Origin: Cyanophora paradoxa CCMP329 | Taxonomy: Eukaryota; Plantae; Glaucophyta | DNA: 64,000 nt | NCBI GenBank assembly: GCA_004431415.1 | Contig: QPMI01000165.1 | Span: 62,001-126,000, forward strand | Reading direction: 5' to 3' | In this document: positions 1 to 10,192 of the stretch, one piece after another | How positions within the stretch are numbered: the first letter of the stretch is position 1 | Layout of the letters: the number at the start of each line of letters is the position of its first letter | Program-made: the position numbers and the translations under genes | Notes under the pieces: generated by a model | Seen by the model: only the letters and a program-made list of their open reading frames with translations | What the model was told of the DNA's origin: nothing | Databases searched by the model: none

Positions 1-1052
1 ATACATCCAAAGAACCATCTGATATTATAATATGAAGAAGCTCCACCACTGACACTATATGATATTCTGATGGAATCATTAGCTTGAAGGTCAACGATTA
101 TTTCCAACCCATTGTTTGCATACACAGATGGATAATTATTATTAACTTCAATTCCAGATGAGCTTCCGTTTTTCTGTAAAAATGTTGTTATAATACCTGG
201 TCTTCCAGCCGTATGACAGGATCCACTAAATGTGACAAGATAGTTTCCTGTAACAGGGGCAGTAAAAAGCCCTGTCGCAGGGTCGAAATGATTCCCTTGG
301 TTCACTATGACTCCTGTTGATGGATATATATTAATTGAGGGCATGGTTGCAGTTATTAACCCATTTGGTTGCTGTTTTGTTGCAAAGAAACGAGGGTGAC
401 CACTTAATTTCAGATACTTGTAGTCAGGAAGTGTGAGATGTTGAACAGTTGTATTATCTGTTTGAGTAGTTGTTTGGAGAGAAAAGATTGTGTCCCCATT
501 CCTCTTGTAATTCATGACCATGTCACTCATGTTATCAATCTCAGGTGTGTTCAACCTTGTTGTAAGTGTGAGAGTTCCATACTGAATACTCCCTGAAAGC
601 CCACCATTAAAGGTCATCAATCCTGCAAATGAACATGTCCCACTCACAGTCAATTGATTTGCTGTCAGAGTTCCTGCTACATTTGCTCCATCACCAATGT
701 AGGCTCCTCCACTTTTCACCACAAGAGCAGAATTATTGCTTGTATTACCAAAAGTAACTATCTGTGCTGTGGTGAATCCACCCACATTATCATATATTGC
801 TGAATTGGGGACTACCTGACCTGCTTGAACTTGGTTTTTATTCGAGATTATAATGCCTGTGGTTCTAATCTTGCCTCCATTTCGATCACATCGAATTTCT
901 TTGACCCTCAGTATACTGTTCTCTGTGAAAGAGGTATTACTTGTAGTTTCAGTGCAAATAAAACCGGGTGTGGAGTCGACTACTTCATGAGAGGTGCTGT
1001 GGAGTGATTTGGCTGCAAGTTCATAGTTTGGAATCTCTAAAAGGGAGGTCAT
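1..1052 (-). CDS. Putative fibre/spike protein with C-terminal C1q-like domain (runs off window edge; absent from ORF track)
   Basis: Manually read open frame from ATG at 1052 (MTSLLEIPNY...) with no stop down to position 1. It has a Gly/Thr-rich beta shaft, the C1q signature NQGNHFDPATGLFTAPVTGNYLVTF (~230-302) and terminal WFFGC. Confidence 0.8.
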   Translation of the reverse strand, partial: MTSLLEIPNYELAAKSLHSTSHEVVDSTPGFICTETTSNTSFTENSILRVKEIRCDRNGGKIRTTGIIISNKNQVQAGQVVPNSAIYDNVGGFTTAQIVTFGNTSNNSALVVKSGGAYIGDGANVAGTLTANQLTVSGTCSFAGLMTFNGGLSGSIQYGTLTLTTRLNTPEIDNMSDMVMNYKRNGDTIFSLQTTTQTDNTTVQHLTLPDYKYLKLSGHPRFFATKQQPNGLITATMPSINIYPSTGVIVNQGNHFDPATGLFTAPVTGNYLVTFSGSCHTAGRPGIITTFLQKNGSSSGIEVNNNYPSVYANNGLEIIVDLQANDSIRISYSVSGGASSYYNIRWFFGC

Positions 1053-1071
1053 CTTTATAATTACGAAATAG

Positions 1072-4000
1072 TTAAATTGCGACAGCAATGTAATGAATTG
1101 TAACTGGAAATCCTGGTCTGTCAAAAGAACTTAATGGAACTATGTCAAGCTCACAAGTGAAATAGCTACTGTAAACTTGTTTAAGCCTAACATACATTCG
1201 ATAGTAGTAGGCTGTCTCATTGTGTTGTATACCAGTTGTTACAATAGGAGGGTTAGCAAAGCTGCTGTTGAAATTAATAGTGAGGTTAAACCTATGGTCA
1301 GGATTTGCCCAAAGATAAGGAGTAGTGTAAACATACGTTCCTGCTTGGATTTTCCCATTAAAATATGCATTGAGTTGACTGGAAAGATCTGCCTCTGTAA
1401 TACATCGACTGATGGTCGCATTATTTGAGGGGTTCATAGCATAGAAATTTCTTGCATAGGCATTTCCACGAACAAGTAAGGTTTTATCAAAGTAATTCTG
1501 CGAATTGTGGAAGAACCATGTTTCTTCAAACATAGGTCCTGCTGGTTCTACAATCTGACCTGATCCTACATACATTGTGTTGTTGGCTCTGATTGTGGTG
1601 GCTGTGAAAGGATCAAGAGTTGGTCTATTGGTCAAATCATTGTAGTTTCCTGAGAAAATTGCAGGTTTGTTATAGATATCTGTATTCCAATCATGAGTGT
1701 GTGCAAAATCTGTAATCTCTGCCTTTGTGTGGGTGTGACCAACATATGCAACATTTCCAAGATCTGTAATCTCTGCCTTGGTATGGGTGTGACCCACATA
1801 TGCAACATTTCCGAGATCTAATATCTCTGATTTAACATGAGTGTGAGCGAAATTTGTGATATCTGCTCTTGTGTGGAAGTGTGCAAAATCTGTAATTTGT
1901 GATTTGGTGTGAGTGTGTGCAAAATCTGTGATTTCTGCCTTTGTGTGGGTGTGTGATCTATTATTTAGATCAAGGAAACTACCCGAAAATGCAACAGGAT
2001 GCAGATTTGCAGCAGTAGGTTTATTTATGAGATCATTATAATCTCCTGTGAAAGAGATGGTCTTTAGTTCACCCCTTCCTACATAATCAGAAGGGAGATC
2101 AATCTTAATGGGCATAATAGCTGGATCATCAGGTATCTCATACTCACCTCCTGGATGAACCACAGGAAAGGTTTGATTGCTTTCAGTATGGACAAAGAAG
2201 TTACATGCTGTTACTGTTCCATCAATAGTCCCACCTGTGAGAGGGAGGTAATTGCCTGTAACACCAATACCTATACCTGCAATGATTGTATTTAGTTCTG
2301 TTTCATCTATGTAGTTCTGAGCTTGAAGGTAATCCTCTGTGACTACTCTCGAAATGCTCTCATTGTGTATGTTTTTTGCAGCCATTCTTTGATTGGCTTC
2401 CAGAACCCCACCATAATCTGTTTTAATCCATGCAAGCTCTGCCCTTCCATAATTATCATTTGCAGTTCCCACTATGGGAATATAGGAATACTTATCTCGA
2501 CTGAAAACTATCATTGGTCTTGAGCCATCTAAGCTGCTTACATCTGCTACATGAACCTGTATAGCAGAGTTGTAATTTTGGTAGGTTGCTGGGTCTGTTG
2601 GGACTCTGAATGTATCTGTGGGAATGTCAGCCTCCATGTAGCTTGACACAAAGATATTTGGTATGGTTGCTCCTGGTGGTGGTGGGGTTTCAAAAGAGCC
2701 TGGTAATGTCCTAATATGAAGTGGTCCTCTCATAGCTGAATTTGCAAGTGTCCCATTCACATGAACATAGTGTTCATTCAAAAAGATCCTTTCAGGGATA
2801 TTACAAGTCTGGTAAAGAGAAACCCCCAAGTTATCAAGAGGCTCCACCTTTGCAAATTCTGGTTGGTCATTGATCTCATCCCAAATATGTTCATGTTTGC
2901 TTGGTGGGAACTCAGTTGGAATCCCATCAATTTCACCCCAATCATGCCTGTGATCCTCTGGTGGATACTTTTGAGGTTTGCCTAAGATCTCATCCCAATC
3001 ATGATTGTGATCCTCTGGGGGATACTTTGCAGGTTTATTATTAATTTGTTCATAATCAGGAAAGAACTCCCAGATCTCAGGTCGAAATCCATCTGGTAAT
3101 AATTCCTCATGGGGTTCATAAGGTTGCTCATAATCAACAACTGGTGGATCATGCCCATCTGGCAAATACTCCTCATCAGGTTCATAGTTCTGCTCATACT
3201 CAAACTCTTGTGGATCTAAGCCATCTGGTAGTATCTCCTCCTCATTGGGATCAAACTGATCATATTCATATTCTTGTGGGTCAAAACCATCTGGTAAATA
3301 TTCTTCCTCATCTGGAACGAATTGATATTCATCAAGCTCTAATATATCGATTTCAGGAGGTAAATACTGCTCATCTATTTGCTTTTTTGGTTCAATTATA
3401 GGTTTATTGCGAACTTGCTCCCAACTAACAATGTGCTGCCCAAAGGCTACATCTTCAGTTGCTGTGTATTCTCTTCCAGGTTGCTTCTTTGGTGTTAGAT
3501 CGGGTGGTCCATTGGGAAATGGAATAGGGAATGGGACAGTAGGTCCATTGGGACCATAATGCTCAATGATTTCTCTTAGGGTTTTCTCACTTACAAGCTT
3601 CTCTCCATTTGCATACACATTGCTGCCATGGATATTTCGCCATTGCCTGGTTCGAATTCCAAGGTCTTTCACATTGCTATACAAAGGCAAAAGGTGCCTA
3701 TCCATTTCGACTAAATCAGGGTGTAAATGGATTGCTACTGGTTGACTGGGGCTACTGTTGATTGTAATTGATGGCTTTTTTTGATGGACATCTTTTGGAG
3801 TAAAGAACCCAAAAGGCTCATTTCTTGCAAAGTCATATGTAATATCCTTGGGGTAGACATCATTTGTGTAGGAGACCTGATTTGTATTGGCAATGGGACC
3901 CACTTGCAATACTTGGGGACCTCAGCTTTTGCAGTGCTGCCCTCATTGTAAATTCGTAAAGCTGTGTTCTGTTTGCCCTGCTCATCTTGAACATTGAAAA

Positions 4001-4331
4001 TCAATCGACCACTATCGAACCTGGAAGGTATATCTGGGTGAGTGCCACTGGTTTTCAGTTTCCTAGGTCTCCTTCTGGTGGCTTTGATCTCTGCCACTTG
4101 GTTTGCTTTCACATTACCCAAACTAAAAGCAACACTGACATCCTCTTTATCTGGATCGGTTTGATTCACAGATAAAGCATGCTCCCTTGATTGAGTCTTT
4201 GATGAATTATCAGAGCTGTGGTCAATTGAAACTGAACCCTTTACTTTAATATTATCAAAGTTCACATGCTTGGTGCTGCTTGCATTATCCTCTTGAATGG
4301 TTTCTAGATTTGGTGGGTAATTGAAGCTCAT
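1072..4331 (-). CDS. Long fibre protein (~1,085 aa; ORFs 3735-4331 and 1072-3909 joined across a 1-nt frameshift near 3910-3918) with acidic repeats, HxH fibre repeats and a C-terminal H-type-lectin/gp53-like tip
   Basis: HTHTKAEITD(F/L) repeats, G(D/S/N)(Y/F)xDLxN(K/R) repeats, YLPLTGGT fibre motif, C-terminal IQAG...INFNSSFANPPIVTTG...IHYIAV. The 945-aa ORF starts at TTG and overlaps the upstream ATG-started ORF, and one extra base in a homopolymer fuses them. Confidence 0.78.
1690..1960 (-). repeat. Coding tandem repeats (36/54-nt units) encoding HTHTKAEITDF / HTHTKAEITDLGNVAYVG
   Basis: Seven HxH motifs in the translation; near-identical DNA units such as tctgtaatctctgcctt and tgtgcaaaatctgt. 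Confidence 0.9.
2860..3370 (-). repeat. Coding repeats: acidic PDEEEYLPDGFDPQEYEY units (~5-6) followed by KYPPEDHxHDWxEI-type units (3)
   Basis: Visible in the 945-aa translation; recurring ccatctgg(t/c)a DNA core. Confidence 0.85.
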
Positions 4332-4374
4332 GGCTTTTACTATATGGATTTATAAAATTCCTGATAAGTAAAAG

Positions 4375-5930
4375 ATGCCTCTCAAGGTCGTTTTAAGTCT
4401 TTCTGGCGGGGGTGCAAGGGGCATTATCATAACCAGGCTGCTAAAAGAAATCGAAAATCGGACTGGCAGGAGAATAATCGATCTTGTGGATCTTGTAAGT
4501 GGAACTTCCACTGGTGGGATCATTGCAATCGGTTTGAATATCAGGCATCCTGATAGACCAGGTGAACCTAAACTGACAGCAAACGATTTACACAATATTT
4601 ACCTAACTCAACTGCCCTTGATTTTCGCAAATCCTCGAAATATAATCGAAAATGCCCTTTTTAATACAAAGTATGATGTGGGACCCTTGGAGACTGCAAT
4701 CAATTCAGTTACTGGTGAATCACTAATACAGGATTCCCTAAAGGACATTGTGATTACATCCTTTGATACTCAGAATATGAAACCAATATTTATCACAAAT
4801 GACAACAATTACAACTTTATGCCTTGTAAGATTGCTGCTAGGGCTACTTCTGCTGCTCCTACATATTTCTCTCCTGTAAGCATTGTTGATTTCAATCGGG
4901 AGTATATGTCTGTCTCATTGATGGTGCCATTTCGGGAAACAATAATCCCAGTGTGTGTGGTTACAGCCATGCAAAGAAGATTTACAGTGATGATGATGAC
5001 ATTATAGTAATAAGCATCTCTTGTGGTGAGGTGGACCCACATTTAGAGTCTGATTATGTGGGTTATGCTTATGAGACTGTAAACAGCTGGGGCATTCTCT
5101 CATGGATTGCCTCAACAGATGGAAGCCCATTGATTAACATGCTCATGGCTGCAAGTGAGCTTTCTGCCCTTGATAAAATGGAGGAGCTTTTACCCTACAA
5201 CTATGATCAGGATTATGGGAGATACTATAGGCTATCAGTCCCTCTTCCAAATCACATAGTAAGCTCCCTGGATGACACATCTAAAATCCCAGACATGCTT
5301 TCCTTCACTGAAACTTACATAGCAGCAAACAATGATATGATTAATAAGCTTTGCAGCCTACTAGTAGCAAACTATGAACTAAAGAACCCTTCAAAGGCTT
5401 ACATTTCATCCACTCTCACTACATCACCTCCTTTGGATGCCAATTGGTATCAGCTTGCAGATGATGCCTTTACTGCCTCTTCCTTTGTGACAGGTAAAGA
5501 GCCTTTCATGGCTAGACCTTCAGCCTTTGGCTGGGAAGCTGGAGCCTATGCTCCTGAACAGATATGGGAAACCCCCACTGAATACCTTCAAGTTGCTTTC
5601 CCATATACTTTTGAACTCTCTTCTGTGATTGCCTATGGATCAGGGGACACCAATGCTTTTATTAAGACTTTCAATGTGGCAACATCCACTGATGGGATCA
5701 ACTGGTCTTTTATTCGATCAGATGGGCAGAACAAAATATATGTCTGTGAGAACATTAACAATGCTCACAACTCAGGTGATGTGGCTCTATTGAGTGGATT
5801 TCCTCTCAGCATCAAGGATGCTTTTTACATAGGTTTCTCTCTGAGAATCAAGTATATTCGCATTTATCCCCTTGTGTATGTGAATGCCCCCACAATGAGA
5901 GTGGACTTTACAGGTGCCTTTATTCGATAA
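4375..5930 (+). CDS. Patatin-like phospholipase fused to C-terminal discoidin (F5/8 type C) domain; 1-nt frameshift near 4895
   Basis: LSLSGGGARG oxyanion loop, GTSTGG nucleophile elbow, ATSAAPTYF. The catalytic Asp motif (CLIDGAISGNNNP) lies in the downstream frame. The C-terminus FTASS...W...EYLQV.F...STDGINW...KYIRIYP...MRVDFTG matches FA58C. Confidence 0.85.
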
Positions 5931-6852
5931 ACTCCAACTGAAAAGAATTGTCGATTCCATTCATATCAATTAGTTCACCAAAGTAATCTTTAAACTCCAC
6001 AGTGAGTTCCCTTATCACCAGGTTTCTGTCATTTATCTGAATGAATTCGGCATGCTCACCACTATGGTAAACATAGCCCCCTATATCTTTACTCAATTGC
6101 AATCTAAGGATAGCTCCCTGGTTTTGTGGTTGCGATTTTGGAATTATATTGTGTCTGCTGGCAAAGGGGGACAGCTCTTTAATATGCATGTACAGATACT
6201 GCTCAGCATTCATATCAGACATCTTCCTGCTGTCAAAATAATATTGCAAGGGCTTAGAGGAGAGTCTGGGTCCTGAGAAGGTGATTCCCCATGCTGGGTG
6301 ATCAGGTGTAATAGGTTTGCCATCATACTTTAACAGGTTCTCAGGTCGATAGGGTGATCCACCAACAGGAGGAGTGCTATAATACCCATTGGTGTATTCA
6401 GTAGAACTCACACCCAAAAGCTTCCCTATTCTCTGGTTGCTTGCAATAAAACGAAACTCATGGTTACTGTAAAACTCCACTTTATAGGTAGTTGGGTTAT
6501 AGAATATCTTGAACTCAAAAGCTACTGTTTTGCCTGCAATGGTTTGGAAGCTTGAATAGTTCAGCCCATAATTATAAGGGTGTGTTACCCCAAAATGACC
6601 CTGATTGATGTAGCCACTGGGAAGGGGATACACTTGTTGTGTGATCACTTGGTTATATGAACCATCTTGGTAATTAAACTGAACTGTTAGATGATCAGTT
6701 CCCACACTGTTATAGATGCTGTTTGGAATCTCTGCATATAGAACCCTGCATTCCCTTGGTCTCTCTACTGGAGTTGTGAGGGTGACCCTGTAAGAGTTTT
6801 CATTTTGTCCTTGGCTTCTATCCCTGCTATCAATATTAACGAGCCGGTTCAT
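5920..6852 (-). CDS. Minor capsid protein (penton-like, single jelly roll) 1
   Basis: N-terminal VNIDSRDR...Y.V.L...AEIPNSIYN and C-terminal YLYMHI.EL...LTVEFKD..GELIDMNGIDNSFQLEF, the pattern of PLV/NCLDV penton-like proteins; sits next to MCP and ATPase. Confidence 0.8.
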   Translation of the reverse strand: MNRLVNIDSRDRSQGQNENSYRVTLTTPVERPRECRVLYAEIPNSIYNSVGTDHLTVQFNYQDGSYNQVITQQVYPLPSGYINQGHFGVTHPYNYGLNYSSFQTIAGKTVAFEFKIFYNPTTYKVEFYSNHEFRFIASNQRIGKLLGVSSTEYTNGYYSTPPVGGSPYRPENLLKYDGKPITPDHPAWGITFSGPRLSSKPLQYYFDSRKMSDMNAEQYLYMHIKELSPFASRHNIIPKSQPQNQGAILRLQLSKDIGGYVYHSGEHAEFIQINDRNLVIRELTVEFKDYFGELIDMNGIDNSFQLEFIE

Positions 6853-6881
6853 TTTAATATATAAATATAGATAAAAGAAGA
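6853..6881. promoter_or_regulatory. 29-bp AT-rich bidirectional promoter region between the two penton genes
   Basis: Sequence tttaatatataaatatagataaaagaaga between head-to-head ATGs. Confidence 0.55.
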
Positions 6882-7892
6882 ATGCCTGTGGATTACATCG
6901 AGGTTAGCTCATTTAATACAATCTCTGGTGATGGTCCCACATCAAGCTTTGTGGCTCGACTCCCCAGTAGTTATGAGAATGTGAGGGCTGTGAGACTGGT
7001 CTCAGCCGAATTTTATAACAGCATCCCTATGGTGAGTGGTGAAACCAAAGCAGGAGATGTCACAGTTGATAACACATTTAGTATTTATTATTCGGAACAA
7101 ACTCCAGGAGCTGGAAGCTCAGGAATTCCAACAACTCGCCCAGCTGCTGATTTTGAACAATGGAAACAATTCATGGTAAATCGCGAGACCCCCATCCAAA
7201 GCCACCAACAGCTGGTGAATGTAATCAACTCAAAATTCATTGGCAGAACTCCCCAACCATCCATTCGCTGCAAATGGGATGAGTCACTGAAACGAATTAT
7301 ATTCCACTCGGCAGTGCCTTTTTACCTGGCTTTCTCACTTGCTGTAAACCCAAGCCAACAAACAATCCAAAAGCTATTGAGTTCAGCTAGACTGCTTGGT
7401 CTTGATCCTGGAAGATATGGGAATTCCCCAATCAAATCCCAAGTTTATGATGCTCTCACTGATGGAATCTTTACTGATGGTCGAGTGAATGGCATTATAT
7501 CTTCTTTTGAGCCTGAGAAGACCAGGGACAGTGTTTTGTTTGTGAGAGTAAAGGAGCTGGGTGATCTGGTTCAATGTGGGGATGGTCTTCTGACTGGTTA
7601 CTTTCATAAAATAGTGGTTCCTGACAAAGATTATGGTGAGCATGTTGTTTACAATTCAACAGAGGCTCATCCACTTTATAAATACTATAACAAAAAGGTT
7701 GGATTATCCACTTTCTCGGTTGATATTGTTAATGCTGTAAATGAACCAATTGATTTTGAGGGTCAACCTGTTCATCTGACCTTTGAAATTCGCTATGGTG
7801 ATGAGCCAGCAGGAGACCCAGTTTATGAATACTTTAAGATGAGAATGTCGCAGCTTCACCCTTCCTATCCAGTTATTACAAGCTTCGCATAA
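6882..7892 (+). CDS. Minor capsid protein (penton-like) 2
   Basis: F...LP..YENVRAVRLVSAEFYNS at the N-terminus; LFVRVKEL and LSTFSVDIVN...PIDFEGQPVHLTFEI at the C-terminus; same architecture as 5920-6852. Confidence 0.78.
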   Translation: MPVDYIEVSSFNTISGDGPTSSFVARLPSSYENVRAVRLVSAEFYNSIPMVSGETKAGDVTVDNTFSIYYSEQTPGAGSSGIPTTRPAADFEQWKQFMVNRETPIQSHQQLVNVINSKFIGRTPQPSIRCKWDESLKRIIFHSAVPFYLAFSLAVNPSQQTIQKLLSSARLLGLDPGRYGNSPIKSQVYDALTDGIFTDGRVNGIISSFEPEKTRDSVLFVRVKELGDLVQCGDGLLTGYFHKIVVPDKDYGEHVVYNSTEAHPLYKYYNKKVGLSTFSVDIVNAVNEPIDFEGQPVHLTFEIRYGDEPAGDPVYEYFKMRMSQLHPSYPVITSFA

Positions 7893-7945
7893 ATTAAGGA
7901 TCATTGGTAGATTTTTTATGTTGCAGTATAATAAAAGAGAATATA

Positions 7946-9316
7946 ATGGATATCACTTCCACTCTTCAAAGACTTTCGCTGAAAGAAGCCCTAACAACCC
8001 CAGAGGAGGCGAAAGCCTTTTTCCTGGATAACTCCCTTATGCTTGGTCTCGAATCCAAGTCTAAGCCAGTTCTAGTTGTTGTGAATCCCAGCAATACTTT
8101 TGAGAATAATGTTGGAAATCGCATTTCCTTCAAGCTACCTCGCTACAATTTCTGTGGAAAACTCGAACTTGCTTTCGACCTTCCAGCCATCACTTTTGCT
8201 GGTGATACTGACCTAGTTCGCAATGGATACACTCGCCCAGTTGGTGCTTTAGTTCAGCGACTTGAAATTACCTATGGATCTTACACCTACCATATTCCAT
8301 CTGATTTCCTTGCTCATTTCCCCCTGGTCTATTATTCGGAGGATCAACTAGCTAAAAAGAAGCGATCAATGGGCATGGTTCATGGCATTCCTGCTCATGG
8401 AACCAACCGCCTTGGTGGCTCATTTTTCGTTGAAATTCCTGTGCCTTGGCTAAATCACTACCTTCCCCTTGGTGCTTTATCTGGTGAAATGGTTGTTACT
8501 GTTTGGTTTAAGGATGCTGGAAAGGGTTATGTTGAAACTTCCTATGGTGGTCGTGGTCTTACTGTTGCAGCAGCTGATGTAGATTATTCAAAAGATGACG
8601 GTCTTGGAACTGCCCCTGCTGAAACTGTTCTGGCAAATGTTGGTCAAAACATCACAGACTTTACTCTTGGTGCAACAACCCCTGTCATTTCTATTACTTC
8701 TCCTCGCCTTTACATGCATGCTATTAATGTTTCTGATGAGCTTTTCGCTACTGTAATTGAAAAAGTAAAGACTACTGGCATGGCTATTCCCTCCCTTGAT
8801 ATTGGATTTGTAGATGCTAGTGCTTTCCCTGCCAAGGGCAATGCCCAACCCAATCGAATTAACCTCTCTCAAATCTCAGGTCTTGTTTATGCTCTGCTTG
8901 TTTCAGTTCGTGATAATGCAACTGTTGATAAATCCACTGGCTCCCACAGTGTTCTTAAGACCTATGCCAACTCCAAAGATATTACTTTCACTGTTGAAAT
9001 TAATGGACAGCGACTTTATGCCACTGAGCCAATTTCCCTACTCAAAGGTGCTGAGCTAATTGCTGATGCCTTCAAATGCTCTAACATGGATAAGGTTGCT
9101 GATCGCTATGTCCTTTCAGGTTTAAGTTTCTGCATTGATGGAGAGAAGGCAATTCGAAATATTGCCCAGTCTGGTTATGTTGATTTAACAAATTCCTCCT
9201 CTTCATTCCTCACCCTGTACATGCCTTCAGATAAGGTAATCGATGTTAATGTTCGCGCTCTCATGCATTCCTATATAATTTTGGACAAAGATGGGCTTCG
9301 TCGTATAAATTTGTAG
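7946..9316 (+). CDS. Major capsid protein (double jelly roll), 456 aa
   Basis: Size and position between penton and ATPase; motifs GNRISFKLPR...LELAFDLP, LVQRLEITYG and FFVEIPVPW...LPLGAL...VTVWF resemble DJR MCP N-terminal strands. ATG 7946 is preferred over TTG 7904. Confidence 0.82.
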   Translation: MDITSTLQRLSLKEALTTPEEAKAFFLDNSLMLGLESKSKPVLVVVNPSNTFENNVGNRISFKLPRYNFCGKLELAFDLPAITFAGDTDLVRNGYTRPVGALVQRLEITYGSYTYHIPSDFLAHFPLVYYSEDQLAKKKRSMGMVHGIPAHGTNRLGGSFFVEIPVPWLNHYLPLGALSGEMVVTVWFKDAGKGYVETSYGGRGLTVAAADVDYSKDDGLGTAPAETVLANVGQNITDFTLGATTPVISITSPRLYMHAINVSDELFATVIEKVKTTGMAIPSLDIGFVDASAFPAKGNAQPNRINLSQISGLVYALLVSVRDNATVDKSTGSHSVLKTYANSKDITFTVEINGQRLYATEPISLLKGAELIADAFKCSNMDKVADRYVLSGLSFCIDGEKAIRNIAQSGYVDLTNSSSSFLTLYMPSDKVIDVNVRALMHSYIILDKDGLRRINL

Positions 9317-9381
9317 ATTGTTACGATATTCAGTCTCCCTGCATTATTTTTATATGTCTTTATTAAGAAAGATATACAACA

Positions 9382-10164
9382 ATGACTGATTTGGATGAAT
9401 TTGTGGCTGGTGAAATGATAGAACCACCATTTCGTGTATTGGCAATAGGAAAATCAGCAACTGGTAAATCAGAAGCTGTAAAGTATTGGTTAAAGCAATT
9501 ACATGATGCCAAAAAGATTGATGTTGTATTAGTTGTGAGTGGAACCAGCTTCAATCATTTCTGGGATAAAGTGGCAACACTGCAACTGGGAAAATGGGAT
9601 GCCCCTTACATTGCTAAATTGCTAGATGAGAGGCAAGAGAAAATAGAGAAAGGTGAACCTGTTAACCAATTGTGTGTGGTTTTAGATGATTTAATCGATA
9701 ATGAGATAGTCGATCTCACAAGGGATAAAATAATCGGATCTCTGTATTCCAGAGGTCGCCATTCGAAAATATCCATTATCTGCATCACACAAAAGCTAAG
9801 AAAAGTCTCTTCGACTATTCGAGTAAATTCGGATTATGCAATGTTTCTAAGTGCTGCAAATCGCAAAGAACTGGAAGCCATAGAGGAAGAATACAATATA
9901 ATGCGAAATAAAGAGGATTTCTACAAGATGTTTGAAGAGTATGTTCACTCCTATCAGTATATCATTTGGTCCTCTGCAAACTACTCAGTTAAATACTATG
10001 TAGATAAAGCTGAGCTTGTGAAAGATTTCCCATTTCCTCGCTTCCACAGGAAGCCAAAAAAGAAAGAAGATGAACTGAAACCACCAGAGAAAGAGGAAGC
10101 CCCCAAAGAAGTGAAAAGCCAAGTCCATAGCAATAAATTGATGCGATATAAACGCGGTTTATAA
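9382..10164 (+). CDS. A32-like (FtsK-HerA) genome packaging ATPase
   Basis: Walker A GKSATGKS, Walker B LCVVLDD, A32 motif RGRHSKISIICITQ, IRVNSDY. Confidence 0.93.
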   Translation: MTDLDEFVAGEMIEPPFRVLAIGKSATGKSEAVKYWLKQLHDAKKIDVVLVVSGTSFNHFWDKVATLQLGKWDAPYIAKLLDERQEKIEKGEPVNQLCVVLDDLIDNEIVDLTRDKIIGSLYSRGRHSKISIICITQKLRKVSSTIRVNSDYAMFLSAANRKELEAIEEEYNIMRNKEDFYKMFEEYVHSYQYIIWSSANYSVKYYVDKAELVKDFPFPRFHRKPKKKEDELKPPEKEEAPKEVKSQVHSNKLMRYKRGL

Positions 10165-10192
10165 AATTATCTCTCATTCTAATAAAGATACA

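Noticed and set aside
3735-5007. Programmed ribosomal frameshifting in the fibre and patatin genes
   Set aside because: No X-XXY-YYZ slippery heptamer is evident at either site. The patatin would lack its catalytic Asp without the shift, and homopolymer indels are common elsewhere in this assembly.
1-5930. Diversity-generating retroelement acting on the fibre tips
   Set aside because: No reverse transcriptase and no template/variable repeat pair are visible in the window.
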